This document shows positions 16,589 to 27,102 of a stretch of 64,000 nucleotides of DNA, piece after piece. Source of the DNA: an uncultured Clostridia bacterium (GTDB taxonomy: Bacteria; Bacillota; Clostridia; TANB77; CAG-508); contig CAKOXT010000005.1 of NCBI GenBank assembly GCA_934130285.1, forward strand, positions 52,973 through 116,972. The letters are read 5' to 3'. Positions within the stretch are counted from its first letter, which is position 1. Each line of letters begins with the position of its first letter. The position numbers were made by a program, and so were the translations under genes. Under the pieces are notes generated by a model. It was not told the DNA's origin, searched no databases, and saw nothing but the letters and a program-made list of their open reading frames with translations.

Positions 16589-18190
16589 ATGAAGACTAAA
16601 TATGTATTTGTCACAGGAGGAGTAGTTTCAGGATTAGGAAAAGGAATAACAGCAGCATCACTAGGAAGACTATTAAAAAATAGAGGTTATAAAGTTACAA
16701 TACAAAAATTTGATCCATATATAAATGTAGATCCAGGAACAATGAGTCCTTATGAACATGGAGAAGTATTTGTAACAAATGATGGAGCAGAAACAGACTT
16801 AGACTTAGGACATTATGAAAGATTTATAGATGAGGCACTAACAAAAGATTCAAGTGTATCAATGGGACAGATTTATTCAAGTGTAATTGAAAAGGAAAGA
16901 AAAGGTACATATTTAGGAAAAACAATCCAAGTAATACCTCATATTACAAATGAAATAAAAGAAAAAATCTATTCATTTGAAAATACAGATACTGATGTTG
17001 TAATAACAGAATTAGGCGGAACAGTAGGAGATATGGAAGGACTTGCGTTAATAGAAGCAATTAGACAAGTTGGTATAGAAAAAGATATTAATGATGTTTG
17101 TTACATTCATGTAACTCTATTACCATTCATATCAGGCTCAAAAGAAATAAAGTCGAAGCCAACACAACACTCAGTAAAAGAGTTACAGTCATTTGGTATA
17201 AAACCAGATATACTAGTTGCAAGAGCTGATGAACATATAGAAAAAGAAATGAAAGAAAAAATTGCATTATTCTGCAACGTTAGACCAGAAAATGTAATAG
17301 AAAATATGACAGCAGAAAGCTTATATGAAGTTCCACTATTACTTGAAAAAGAGGGACTTGCAAGAGCAGTTTGTAAGAAGTTAGGATTAAATCAAGAATG
17401 TAATAATGAAAATTGGAATGAATTAAATAAAAAAATAAAATCATGTCAAGAAGTAGTTAATATTGCTTTAGTAGGAAAATATATGAAATTAGAAGATTCA
17501 TATCTATCAGTTGCAGAAAGTTTAAGACATGGTGGATATGCAAATGGAGTAAAAGTAAAAGTAGGATTTATTGATTCAGAAACAATCAATGATGATAATG
17601 TTGCAGAAGTTTTAAAAGACTATCATGGAATCCTTGTTCCAGGTGGATTTGGAAGTAGAGGAATCGAAGGAAAAATATCAGCAATAAAATATGCAAGAGA
17701 AAATAAAATTCCATTCTTAGGAATATGCTTAGGTATGCAAATGGCAGTTGTTGAGTTTGCAAGAAATGTATTGGGATTGAAAGATGCAAATTCAGCAGAG
17801 TTTAGTAAAGATACAAAAAATCCTGTAATTCATATAATGGAATCACAAAAAAGTGTAACTAAAAAGGGTGGAACAATGAGACTTGGAGCATATCCTTGCA
17901 TAATAAAAGAAAATACACTAGCCGAGAAAGTATATGGAAAGAAAGAAATATCAGAAAGACATAGACATAGATACGAATATAACAATGATTATAAAGAAGC
18001 TTTAGAATCAAAAGGATTAATATGTTCAGGAACATCACCAGATGGTAGCTTAGTAGAAATAGTAGAATTAAAAGATCATCCATATTTTATAGCAGGACAA
18101 TTTCACCCAGAATTTCAATCAAGACCAGACAGACCAGGTCCATTATTTGTTGGTTTAGTAAAAAATGCAAAAGAATTTAAAAATAAATAA
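16589..18190 (+). CDS. pyrG: CTP synthase
   Basis: 533 aa. N-terminal synthase motif ([16 protein letters not shown]) and glutaminase domain (GICLGMQ). Confidence 0.95.
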   Translation: MKTKYVFVTGGVVSGLGKGITAASLGRLLKNRGYKVTIQKFDPYINVDPGTMSPYEHGEVFVTNDGAETDLDLGHYERFIDEALTKDSSVSMGQIYSSVIEKERKGTYLGKTIQVIPHITNEIKEKIYSFENTDTDVVITELGGTVGDMEGLALIEAIRQVGIEKDINDVCYIHVTLLPFISGSKEIKSKPTQHSVKELQSFGIKPDILVARADEHIEKEMKEKIALFCNVRPENVIENMTAESLYEVPLLLEKEGLARAVCKKLGLNQECNNENWNELNKKIKSCQEVVNIALVGKYMKLEDSYLSVAESLRHGGYANGVKVKVGFIDSETINDDNVAEVLKDYHGILVPGGFGSRGIEGKISAIKYARENKIPFLGICLGMQMAVVEFARNVLGLKDANSAEFSKDTKNPVIHIMESQKSVTKKGGTMRLGAYPCIIKENTLAEKVYGKKEISERHRHRYEYNNDYKEALESKGLICSGTSPDGSLVEIVELKDHPYFIAGQFHPEFQSRPDRPGPLFVGLVKNAKEFKNK

Positions 18191-18275
18191 TAAAATTTTG
18201 CAGGTTTTTAAAGTTTTGTGTATAATAAATATATTATAGAGAATTAATTAAAAAGCACAAAACGGAGGAAGAAGA

Positions 18276-18821
18276 ATGAAAAAGAAACACGCAGATTATT
18301 CAAAAATAAAAGATATATTAGAAAAAGAATTTAAAAAATTAGATACAAAAAACGATCCTGAATTTGGAACAGTGTGTTTATTAAATGCAAAGAAAGTAGA
18401 AAAAAAGTGGAGAGTTCCAAGAGAAAATGGAGAAGAAGTAATATTAGATATGGGTTATAGATGGTTAACACTATATCCAAGAGATGAAAACTATGCAATA
18501 ATAGCTGTATTTAACTCAAAATCAGAATTAGTAGAATTCTATTTTGATATAGCTAAAAAAGTAAAATATAAAGCAAGAGTTCCATACATAATTGATTTAT
18601 ATTTAGATGTAGTTTTCACTAAAGAAAATGATGTAATTTTCTTAGATGAAGATGAGTTAGAAGAAGCTTTTAAGTTACTAGATATAAAACAAAAAGACTA
18701 TGAATTAGCTAAAAAAACAGCTGATAAAATAGTAAACAGATATCATAATCAAGAAGAATTTGATAAATTAAAAGAAATTGCATCAAACTATTTAGATAAA
18801 TTAATGATGCAAGCAGAATAA
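18276..18821 (+). CDS. DUF402-family protein (nucleoside di/triphosphatase-like)
   Basis: ..YRWLTLYP..YAIIAVFN..FYFDIA..DLYLDVV..FLDEDEL is a pattern typical of DUF402. Confidence 0.55.
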   Translation: MKKKHADYSKIKDILEKEFKKLDTKNDPEFGTVCLLNAKKVEKKWRVPRENGEEVILDMGYRWLTLYPRDENYAIIAVFNSKSELVEFYFDIAKKVKYKARVPYIIDLYLDVVFTKENDVIFLDEDELEEAFKLLDIKQKDYELAKKTADKIVNRYHNQEEFDKLKEIASNYLDKLMMQAE

Positions 18822-18992
18822 GTGAGTAACACGTTGTAAATCGGCAAAATACAAATGTGTAAAAGAATATAAATGGGGCTACTTTAAATAGTAACCTCAT
18901 TTTTTTGTTAAAATGTCTTAAAGTATTGATAAATTAGTGAAAAAGCGATATAATTTTTAAACGAAATCTCGAAAAAAGAAAAGAGGAATTTT

Positions 18993-20762
18993 ATGAAAGC
19001 AAACGAATACAGAACACATAATTGTAATGAATTAAGACTAGCAGACGTAGGAAAAGAAGTAAGACTTGCTGGTTGGGTACAAAAAATTAGAAATTTAGGA
19101 AAAATGACATTCATCGATTTAAGAGATGAATTTGGAATTACACAAATAATAATATCAGATGACGAAAAATTGCAAGAACAATTAGCTGATATAAAAACAG
19201 AATGTTCAATTTCAGTAACAGGAGAAGTTGCAGAAAGATCAAATAAAAACACTGAAATTGATACAGGTGACATAGAAATAATTGCAAAAGAGATAAGAAT
19301 CCTTGGAAAATGTAGAGCAGTATTACCATTTGAAATAAATCAAAAAGATGCTCAAGATGTTAGAGAAGATTTAAGATTAGAATATAGATTTTTAGATTTA
19401 AGAAACGACAGAATCCATAAAAATATTTTATTAAGATCAAGAATAATGAAAACAATGAGAGACGAAATGGATAGACTTGGATTTACAGAAATTCAAACTC
19501 CAATATTAGCAAACTCATCACCAGAAGGTGCTAGAGACTTCCTAGTTCCAAGTAGACTACATCCAGGAGAATTCTATGCTTTACCACAAGCACCTCAACA
19601 GTTTAAACAATTATTAATGATTTCTGGATTTAATAAATATTATCAAATAGCACCATGCTTTAGAGATGAAGATCCTAGAGCAGATAGATCACCAGGAGAA
19701 TTCTATCAATTAGATTTTGAAATGAGCTATGCTACACAAGAGGATGTATTTGAAGTTGGTGAAGAAGTTATACCAAACGTATTTAAAAAGAATAGTGATT
19801 GGAAAATAACAGAAGCACCATTTGTTAGAATTCCTTATAAAGAAGCAATGGAAAAATACGGTTCAGATAAACCAGATTTAAGAAACCCATTAATAATAGT
19901 TGATGTAACCAAAGTATTTGAAAATACAGAATTTAATGCATTCAAAGGTAAAACAATAAAAGCAATTGTGACACATAATATGCAAGAAAAACCAAGAAAA
20001 TTCTTTGATCAAATGTCAGAATATGCAGTTTCAGAATTAGATGCAAAAGGATTAGCTTGGACAAAAGTTGATGAAAACGGAGAATTAGCAGGTGGAATTG
20101 CTAAATTCATAACACCAGAAAATAAAAAAGCATTAGAAGAAATTGGTGAAATCACAAAAGGTGATGCAATTTTCTTCATAGCTGATGAATTTGAAAAAGC
20201 TCAAAAAATAGCTGGTGGAGTAAGAATTGAATTAGGAAAAAGACTAGACTTAATTGAAAAAAATATATATAAATTCTGTTGGATAGTTGACTTCCCAATG
20301 TATGAATTGTCAGATGAAGGAACAATTGATTTCAATCACAATCCATTTTCAATGCCACAAGGTGGAATGGATAGCTTAGAAAATAAAGATCCATTAGATA
20401 TATATGCATATCAATATGACTTAGTATGTAATGGATATGAAATCGCATCAGGAGCTGTAAGAAACCATGACCAAGAAATTATGATAAAAGCATTCGAAAT
20501 AGCTGGATACACTGAAGAAGATGTAAAAGGAAAATTTGGAGCATTGTACAATGCATTTAGTTATGGAACACCACCACATGCTGGAGCAGCACCTGGAGTT
20601 GATAGAATAGTAATGCTTTTAGCACAAGAAGATAATATCAGACAAGTAATAGCATTCCCTAAAAACAAAAAAGCAAGAGACGTCTTAATGAGAGCTCCAT
20701 CAAAAGTATCACCAGAGCAACTAAAAGATGTACACATAAAATTAGATTTAGACGAAGAATAA
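18993..20762 (+). CDS. aspS: Aspartate--tRNA ligase
   Basis: 589 aa. Class II motifs (FRDEDPRADR, GGIAK.., GVDR). A TTGATA-17-TATAAT promoter lies upstream. Confidence 0.95.
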   Translation: MKANEYRTHNCNELRLADVGKEVRLAGWVQKIRNLGKMTFIDLRDEFGITQIIISDDEKLQEQLADIKTECSISVTGEVAERSNKNTEIDTGDIEIIAKEIRILGKCRAVLPFEINQKDAQDVREDLRLEYRFLDLRNDRIHKNILLRSRIMKTMRDEMDRLGFTEIQTPILANSSPEGARDFLVPSRLHPGEFYALPQAPQQFKQLLMISGFNKYYQIAPCFRDEDPRADRSPGEFYQLDFEMSYATQEDVFEVGEEVIPNVFKKNSDWKITEAPFVRIPYKEAMEKYGSDKPDLRNPLIIVDVTKVFENTEFNAFKGKTIKAIVTHNMQEKPRKFFDQMSEYAVSELDAKGLAWTKVDENGELAGGIAKFITPENKKALEEIGEITKGDAIFFIADEFEKAQKIAGGVRIELGKRLDLIEKNIYKFCWIVDFPMYELSDEGTIDFNHNPFSMPQGGMDSLENKDPLDIYAYQYDLVCNGYEIASGAVRNHDQEIMIKAFEIAGYTEEDVKGKFGALYNAFSYGTPPHAGAAPGVDRIVMLLAQEDNIRQVIAFPKNKKARDVLMRAPSKVSPEQLKDVHIKLDLDEE

Positions 20763-20835
20763 ATTTATTGACAACGATTTATAAACAATATATACTATAA
20801 TCGAAAAAATTATGTAAGAAAGAGGTCTTTTTTTA

Positions 20836-22134
20836 ATGAATAAACTAAAAAAAGTAGCAATAGCTTTAGCTGTAATTTTATTCATAATAAGTAATATTAA
20901 ATATACTTTTGGAGTTACAGGAAAAATTACTGCAGAAACAATTAGAGTACGTGCAGAAGCAAGTACAGATTCAAAAATAGTTGTTATTGGAAATGCAGGA
21001 GAGAAAGCAGAAATACTAGGATTAGAAGGAGACTGGTATAAAGTAAGATTTAAAGAAAAAGAAGGTTACATATATAAAGATTATTTAGAACCAGAGGGAA
21101 CGGTAGACAATACAACTACTACAAATACAACAACAGAAAATAATAATCAAACAACAGAAAATACACCTTCTACAGATACAACTAATACAGCACAACCAAA
21201 TACAGATTCTGAAAAAACAATGGAATTAGGCAATGTAATAAATAGTGAGACACAAGCATATTTACTTCCAAATTTCACATCAACAAAAGTTTTAAAATTA
21301 GCCAAAGATAAAGAAGTAAAAGTTAATACAACAATGGCAAATTGGGCTAAAATAGAAGCTGACGGAGTAGATGCATGGGTACCAAAAGTATTCTTAATGA
21401 AAGAAGTCGAAGACACAAAGCCAGAGCAAACTGAAGAGCAACCAGAGGAAACAACAACAGAAACTCAACCAGAAGAAACAACTACAACTTTAAATAAAGC
21501 TGCATACATTTCTTCAAATGCTTCAGCAAACTTGCGTTCAGGACCAAGTACTTCAACAACATCATTAGGAAAATTACCTAAAAATACAAAGATAACTATA
21601 ATTGCTGAAGAAGGCGATTGGTATAAAGTAAGTTATGATGGAAAAGAAGGTTATATATCAAAAACATTAGTTACAGAAGGTGAACCACCAGCAAGTGCAA
21701 CATCATCAAGAAGCCAAGAAGAACCAAGAACAAATGCTACAGCCACATCAAGTACTACATCATCAGTTTCTGGTAGTAATGTAGTTCAAGTTGCAGAAAA
21801 CTACTATGGAAGTAGATATGTTTCTGGAGGCAGCTCACCATCAGGGTTTGACTGCTCAGGGTTTACACAATATGTATATGGAAAATGTGGAAAAACAATT
21901 TCAAGAACATCATACACACAAGCCAATGAAGGAACAGCAGTAAGTAAATCAGAACTTCAACCAGGTGATTTACTATTATTCCATTACTATGGAAGTTCAT
22001 CAATCGGACATGTTGGAATTTATGTAGGAGATGGAAAGTTTATACATGCCGCAAACTCAAATAGAGGCGTAGTATATGATTCAATAACATCAGGATATTA
22101 TGCTGATAATTATGCAGGCGCAAGACGTTTATAA
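20836..22134 (+). CDS. Secreted cell-wall hydrolase: SH3b repeats + NlpC/P60 domain
   Basis: Signal peptide, two SH3b-like segments (GDWYKV..EGYI), T/E/P-rich linkers, and a C-terminal FDCSGF...GHVGIYVGDGKFIHA. Confidence 0.8.
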   Translation: MNKLKKVAIALAVILFIISNIKYTFGVTGKITAETIRVRAEASTDSKIVVIGNAGEKAEILGLEGDWYKVRFKEKEGYIYKDYLEPEGTVDNTTTTNTTTENNNQTTENTPSTDTTNTAQPNTDSEKTMELGNVINSETQAYLLPNFTSTKVLKLAKDKEVKVNTTMANWAKIEADGVDAWVPKVFLMKEVEDTKPEQTEEQPEETTTETQPEETTTTLNKAAYISSNASANLRSGPSTSTTSLGKLPKNTKITIIAEEGDWYKVSYDGKEGYISKTLVTEGEPPASATSSRSQEEPRTNATATSSTTSSVSGSNVVQVAENYYGSRYVSGGSSPSGFDCSGFTQYVYGKCGKTISRTSYTQANEGTAVSKSELQPGDLLLFHYYGSSSIGHVGIYVGDGKFIHAANSNRGVVYDSITSGYYADNYAGARRL

Positions 22135-22140
22135 TATGAG

Positions 22141-23862
22141 GTGAATAAAATAAATATAATACTAGTATTAAACATTGGATATATACTAGGAATATTAATA
22201 GGGCTATACATACAAAAAGGTATAGTCCTATTTTTATGTGTAGAAATATTAATATACTTGGTATCCATACAAATAAGAAAGACACGAAAATATATAAAAT
22301 TAATAATTTCAATTCAAACAGCAATAATTTTTTTCATAATCCAAATTACAGGAATAATAGTAATACAAAATAAAGAAAACAAATTCAATTATACATATAC
22401 TAATCACAGTAGCATACAAGTAGTTGCGATAGTGGAAAGTAAGGGATTAGAAAAAGAATATGGAACAGAATATATTATAAAAATAAAAGAAAATAATACC
22501 AAACTAAAAATGAGAACGAATCAAACTAATCTAACTGTAGGAGATATAATAAAAGTTGATGGAGAATATGAGGTAAGTTCATCATATAAAAATGAAGGCG
22601 TGTTCAATTATCAAAATTATTTAAAAAAGGAAAACATATATGGATCGATTCAAGCATTAAATATAGTGAAAATAAGCAACAAAAAAAGCATAAAGACATT
22701 AATAAAAAATATATCAGATAGCTTAAAAAATAAATTTAGAAAAAATTTTACCAAACAAACAGCAGAATATTTTAACGCAATAATATTAGGAGACAAATCA
22801 GAGTTAGATAAACAAATAAAAGAAAATTTTCAAATGGGTGGAATATCGCACTTGCTTGCAATATCAGGAATGCACATAAATTTCATAGTAATACTAGTAA
22901 CATTTTCAATAGAAAAAATAACAAAAGATAATAGATTGAAAAAGAAATTGACTATATTAATTCTAATATTATATGCAACAATAATAGATTTTTCACCATC
23001 AGCAATAAGAGCAATTATAATGGCAAATATGCATATACTTTCAATTTTGCTATTAAGATCAGACAGCTTTCCTGTAAACATATCTTTATCAAGTTTAATT
23101 CTCTTAATAAAAAATCCATATTACATAATAGATTCAGGATTCTTATTATCATTCGTAGCTACAATAAGTATTGTATGTATCTTCAAAAAAATTACGATTA
23201 AGACTTTTAAAAATAAATTAGTTCAGAAATTATATGAAAGTATAATGTTATCCATTTCAGCAAATATTTTAATTCTTCCAATAATAATAAATCTATTCAA
23301 GAAAATATCATTATCAACAATATTAATAGGAATAATAGTATCACCGTTTATTTTTATAATAGATGGAATAGGACTTATATCATTATTTTTACCAAGTTTT
23401 ATTCTTAAAATAATACAACCAGTCATAGAAGTTTTTATATCAGTATTTGATTTTATTTCATCAATTCATTTCCTTACAATATACATAAAAACACTAACAA
23501 TATTTCAAATTCTTTTATATTATTCTGTAGTGTTTAAATATCTCATAAAACCTAAAAGAAATATTCTAAAGAAAATAATCAATGTTTTAATAATATCAAC
23601 ACTAGTGTTAGACATAACAATTAATCTTTATAAAAACATAAATCAAAATTTGGAAATATACATGATAGATGTAGGACAAGGAGATAGTACATTGATAAAA
23701 ACACCCAGAGGTAGAACTATACTAGTAGATGGAGGAGGAAGCGAAAATTACAATGTTGGAGAAAATGTATTAATACCATATTTACTAAATAAAAAGATAA
23801 ATAAAATAGATTATTTAATGATATCACATTTTGACACAGATCATGTACGGACGGACTTTTAA
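22141..23862 (+). CDS. comEC: ComEC/Rec2 DNA-uptake channel, N-terminal 573 aa (truncated by a frameshift inside the MBL domain)
   Basis: Competence domain (GISHLLAISGMHI). The MBL domain begins MIDVGQGDS..ISHFDTDHV and then hits a premature TAA at 23860-23862. Confidence 0.8.
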   Translation: MNKINIILVLNIGYILGILIGLYIQKGIVLFLCVEILIYLVSIQIRKTRKYIKLIISIQTAIIFFIIQITGIIVIQNKENKFNYTYTNHSSIQVVAIVESKGLEKEYGTEYIIKIKENNTKLKMRTNQTNLTVGDIIKVDGEYEVSSSYKNEGVFNYQNYLKKENIYGSIQALNIVKISNKKSIKTLIKNISDSLKNKFRKNFTKQTAEYFNAIILGDKSELDKQIKENFQMGGISHLLAISGMHINFIVILVTFSIEKITKDNRLKKKLTILILILYATIIDFSPSAIRAIIMANMHILSILLLRSDSFPVNISLSSLILLIKNPYYIIDSGFLLSFVATISIVCIFKKITIKTFKNKLVQKLYESIMLSISANILILPIIINLFKKISLSTILIGIIVSPFIFIIDGIGLISLFLPSFILKIIQPVIEVFISVFDFISSIHFLTIYIKTLTIFQILLYYSVVFKYLIKPKRNILKKIINVLIISTLVLDITINLYKNINQNLEIYMIDVGQGDSTLIKTPRGRTILVDGGGSENYNVGENVLIPYLLNKKINKIDYLMISHFDTDHVRTDF

Positions 23863-23882
23863 CAGTAATAGAAAAATTAAAA

Positions 23883-24440
23883 GTGAAGAATATAATTATT
23901 TCAAAACAAGGAGAAATTTCAGAAAATTATAAAAAGTTTGAAGAATTATTAAAAAAGAAAAAGACTAAATTAATAATAGTAAATAAAGGAGATCATTTGC
24001 AAATAGAAAAAGATGTTTACATAGATATCATATGGCCAGATAATTCAAACTTTATTAAAGAAAATATTTTAAATAATAATTCTATAGTATGTAAGATTAA
24101 CTATAAAAATTTTTCAATGCTCTTTACAGGAGATATCGAAGAAATTGCAGAAAATGAAATACTGAAAGAAAATACTCCTCAAAAATTAAAAGCAGATATT
24201 TTAAAAGTAGGACATCATGGTTCAAAAAGTTCCAGCACAAAAGATTTTATAGAAGCGGTAAGCCCTAAAATAGCAGTAATTGGAGTAGGATTAAATAATA
24301 ACTTTGGACATCCCAATAAAGGTGTTTTAGAAAGATTGGAAAAGATAAATTGTAAAATATATAGAACAGATATAATGGGAGAAATACATTGCAACATAGA
24401 TAAAAAAGGAAATATATCAAAGATTGATAAAAATATATAA
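23883..24440 (+). CDS. comEC: ComEC/Rec2 C-terminal MBL-domain fragment (frame open from about 23839; homology resumes at 23853)
   Basis: The frame read from 23853 gives GLLTVIEKLKVKNIII.., continuing the DHxGG motif. It also contains GHHGSKSS. Together with 22141-23862 this is one gene interrupted by a frameshift. Confidence 0.75.
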   Translation: MKNIIISKQGEISENYKKFEELLKKKKTKLIIVNKGDHLQIEKDVYIDIIWPDNSNFIKENILNNNSIVCKINYKNFSMLFTGDIEEIAENEILKENTPQKLKADILKVGHHGSKSSSTKDFIEAVSPKIAVIGVGLNNNFGHPNKGVLERLEKINCKIYRTDIMGEIHCNIDKKGNISKIDKNI

Positions 24441-24473
24441 AAGTCAAAAACAATAAATAATTTTTTATAATAT

Positions 24474-24501
24474 GCAACATTTAGCTATTTTAAATTGTAA
24501 T
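24474..24501 (+). promoter_or_regulatory. ECF-type promoter candidate
   Basis: GCAAC-N17-TGTAAT. The same AAC-N17-TGTAwT layout occurs upstream of the second ECF sigma gene. Confidence 0.3.
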
Positions 24502-24577
24502 ATAATTAGAAGTGATAAAGAGGAGGAATAGATGAATAATGATAAGAAATTATACAAAGCTTTTTTAAAACGGAGAT

Positions 24578-25075
24578 ATGAAATCACTAGAATTTATAAT
24601 TGATAAATATATGGAAACACTAATTTATTTTATAAATAAATTTGTTAGGAACATTAACGTGGCGGAAGATTTAGCCCAAGATGTGTTCGTGTATATTATG
24701 ATTAATCAAAAAGACTATGATTTTAAATATTCATTAAAAACATATTTGTACACTATAGGAAAATGCAGAGCTCTAAACTATTTGAAAAAAGAAGAAAAGA
24801 TTACCAGTTTGAATGAAAATATACCAATCGATGAAAATGAAATCGAAGAAATAATATTTAGAAAAGAAAAAAATAAAAATTTAAGAAAAGCAATAAATAA
24901 ATTAGGCAATGAGCAAAGCAAAGCAATTTTTTTGGTTGATATAGAAGGCTTAACGTATAAAGAAGCATGTAGAGTACTTGACACTAATATGTCAAATTTA
25001 AAGAGTTTAATACATAGAGGAAGAAAAAAGTTAAAGGAAATATTACAAAAGGAGGGAGAAAAATATGATAGATAA
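24578..25075 (+). CDS. ECF (group IV) sigma-70 factor; the N-terminus is probably displaced by a frameshift
   Basis: Regions 2 and 4 are recognisable (..AEDLAQDVFVYI.., ..EGLTYKEACRVLD..). A strong RBS and ATG at 24532 lie in another frame (see findings). Confidence 0.8.
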   Translation: MKSLEFIIDKYMETLIYFINKFVRNINVAEDLAQDVFVYIMINQKDYDFKYSLKTYLYTIGKCRALNYLKKEEKITSLNENIPIDENEIEEIIFRKEKNKNLRKAINKLGNEQSKAIFLVDIEGLTYKEACRVLDTNMSNLKSLIHRGRKKLKEILQKEGEKYDR

Positions 25076-26024
25076 GGAATATTTTAAACAAAGAGTCTTG
25101 CAAAAGTATGAAGAGAATATGAATAATATCAAGAATGATTTTTATGATACTAATTATTATATAACAAAACAAAATAATAAGAGATTGATCAACAAAATAA
25201 CTATTAGTAATATAATTCCGATAGTAGTTACAATTAGCACAGTATATGCTGGAATTACAAGTGTTAAATATATTCAACAAAAAGATAAAACTAATTTTGA
25301 AGATAATATTGGTTATGATTATTCTCAGGATATGAACTACAAAGATAAAATCTATTATAAAATTATAAATTCCTATAATGATTATGAAAAGTCAAAGAAA
25401 AAATGGAATAATTTAGTACCTATAACAGAACAAGAGTTTGAAGAGTATGCCGTGTTAGTAATTGCTGTTGAAAATACATCTTTAATGGGAATAAACGTGT
25501 CAGATATAACAAACGATGAAAATAGCCTTTATATTGAATTATATCAGTCAGATAAAGATACCAATATTGATAAAAATATCATATCAGTTAAAATTTCTAA
25601 ATCTCAAATTCGAGATGATATTAAGTTCAAAATAACTGGCGAACAACCACACAGTGATAAATTTATGGCAATAACAGAAATACCTAAAAATTATTCAAAA
25701 GAGCAAGCAGTAAAAGATGGATGCTTCGTTGTAGAAAATACAGAAGTATTATCAGCTGACAAAAACGAATTACGCAATTTTGCTCAAAACAAAACGGAAG
25801 GATTTATAAGAGTTGCTGAATTTGGATATAAGAACGAAGTTGCAGATATAGAATATAAAAATGACACATATTATATTAATATATTAGATTTAAGTACTGG
25901 AAAAATTACATACAAAATAGCTAAAGAACTTATAGTAATGAGACCTAAAGAATTAGACTATTATTTTGTGATTTCAAGAGACGCATACAATATGGAATAT
26001 TATAATTGCGCTATCAAATATTAA
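25065..26024 (+). CDS. Putative anti-sigma factor (single TM) with a DUF4362-like C-terminal domain
   Basis: 11-nt overlap with the sigma gene. TM segment at about residues 45-65. The C-terminus ..KDGCFVVEN..L.NF....EGFIRV.. resembles DUF4362. Confidence 0.45.
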   Translation: MIDKEYFKQRVLQKYEENMNNIKNDFYDTNYYITKQNNKRLINKITISNIIPIVVTISTVYAGITSVKYIQQKDKTNFEDNIGYDYSQDMNYKDKIYYKIINSYNDYEKSKKKWNNLVPITEQEFEEYAVLVIAVENTSLMGINVSDITNDENSLYIELYQSDKDTNIDKNIISVKISKSQIRDDIKFKITGEQPHSDKFMAITEIPKNYSKEQAVKDGCFVVENTEVLSADKNELRNFAQNKTEGFIRVAEFGYKNEVADIEYKNDTYYINILDLSTGKITYKIAKELIVMRPKELDYYFVISRDAYNMEYYNCAIKY

Positions 26025-26159
26025 TTCTAAAAATAAGAATAATTTGAACCAATATAGAACGAACGCAAAACACAATTTTGAAGAATCAATAAAATGTGAT
26101 ATAATACAAAACATAGCAACTTTGAAACACGTCTTTGACGCACGAAGGTGAGGTGCAAT

Positions 26160-26954
26160 ATGAAAATATTAATTGTTGAGGACAACACACAAAAGCTACG
26201 GACAGTTCAGAAAATTTTAGAACAGAATTTTATTGACTATTACGAAGTAGCTGGATGTGGGAGAGATGCTTATCAAATTGCAAGAGAGCATCAAATTGAT
26301 CTGATCATTCTTGACTTAGGATTTTGCTGGTACAAAGAGGATTTTAGCAGAGAAACTTATAATCAAAAGCAAGGCTTTAAATTACTGCGGAGGATAAAAA
26401 GAAGGTTATCAGCACTGAAGCAAAAAGAGCCAGATGTTATAATTTTTTCTGATACAGAAATAACTGAGTCAGAAAAAGAAGGAATCTACGCTGTTTGCCA
26501 AACAGGTGATAAGTTATTACAAGCTTTTGAGGAATGGCTTTTATTAAAAAGACAAGACTTTCCTAAAGTGCTTATAATAGATGATTCACCTAGCAAAATT
26601 GCTGCTGCAAGAAAAGTTCTTAAAAAGCTGAAAATATCAAACATTCAGGAAGCAACATATGCGGAAGAAGCAAGAGAAAAATGTGAATCTAATCATTTTG
26701 ATATTATCATTCTTGATATGAATTTTCCAGAGAAGAAGGATGGAGAATTAAACGGTTATTCCGGGGCAAAAATGATAAGCCATATTAAGGCAATATACAA
26801 AATGAAAGGAGCAGAAGTTCCAAAGATAATTGTTTTTTCAACAATGCCAGCAGAAGAGCTACTTATGAAATACCATGGAAAGTTACCAAAGGAATATGTG
26901 GGACAAGTTGTTTTTTCATATGACTTAGAAGAAAAGTTAAAAATGATCGTGTAA
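26160..26954 (+). CDS. Orphan response-regulator protein with two tandem receiver domains and no output domain
   Basis: MKILIVEDN...DLIILDLGF and KVLIIDDS...DIIILDMNFP: two REC signatures. The ATG at 26160 follows AGGTGAGG. A sample at 26281-26340 is 38% GC by hand count. Confidence 0.7.
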   Translation: MKILIVEDNTQKLRTVQKILEQNFIDYYEVAGCGRDAYQIAREHQIDLIILDLGFCWYKEDFSRETYNQKQGFKLLRRIKRRLSALKQKEPDVIIFSDTEITESEKEGIYAVCQTGDKLLQAFEEWLLLKRQDFPKVLIIDDSPSKIAAARKVLKKLKISNIQEATYAEEAREKCESNHFDIIILDMNFPEKKDGELNGYSGAKMISHIKAIYKMKGAEVPKIIVFSTMPAEELLMKYHGKLPKEYVGQVVFSYDLEEKLKMIV

Positions 26955-27002
26955 GAAGAAAAGTGAAGTGAACATTAGAGTTTACTTCACTTTCTTCTTT
27001 TT
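26955..27002 (+). terminator. Long intrinsic terminator
   Basis: GAAGAAAAGTGAAGTGAAC, loop, GTTTACTTCACTTTCTTC, then a T-run, starting right after the stop codon. Confidence 0.7.
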
Positions 27003-27102
27003 CAAGATATTAAATATATTATAAAGAAAGATTTGATTTATAATGAATAAAAACAAGATAACTACAAATACTACCTAAAAAGAGAGAAAAAGGTGGTATA
27101 TA

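Noticed and set aside
18822-18992. T-box leaders upstream of aspS (and of leuS, 53135-53317)
   Set aside because: The leaders are short once the promoters are placed. I saw no T-box consensus (AGGGTGGTACCGCG-like) or specifier/antiterminator architecture.
26955-27002. GAAGTG-containing terminators (26955-27002 and 39793-39886) as further members of the 54-nt hairpin family
   Set aside because: Only the hexamer GAAGTG is shared. By base composition it is expected many times by chance in 64 kb, and the lengths, termini and flanks differ.
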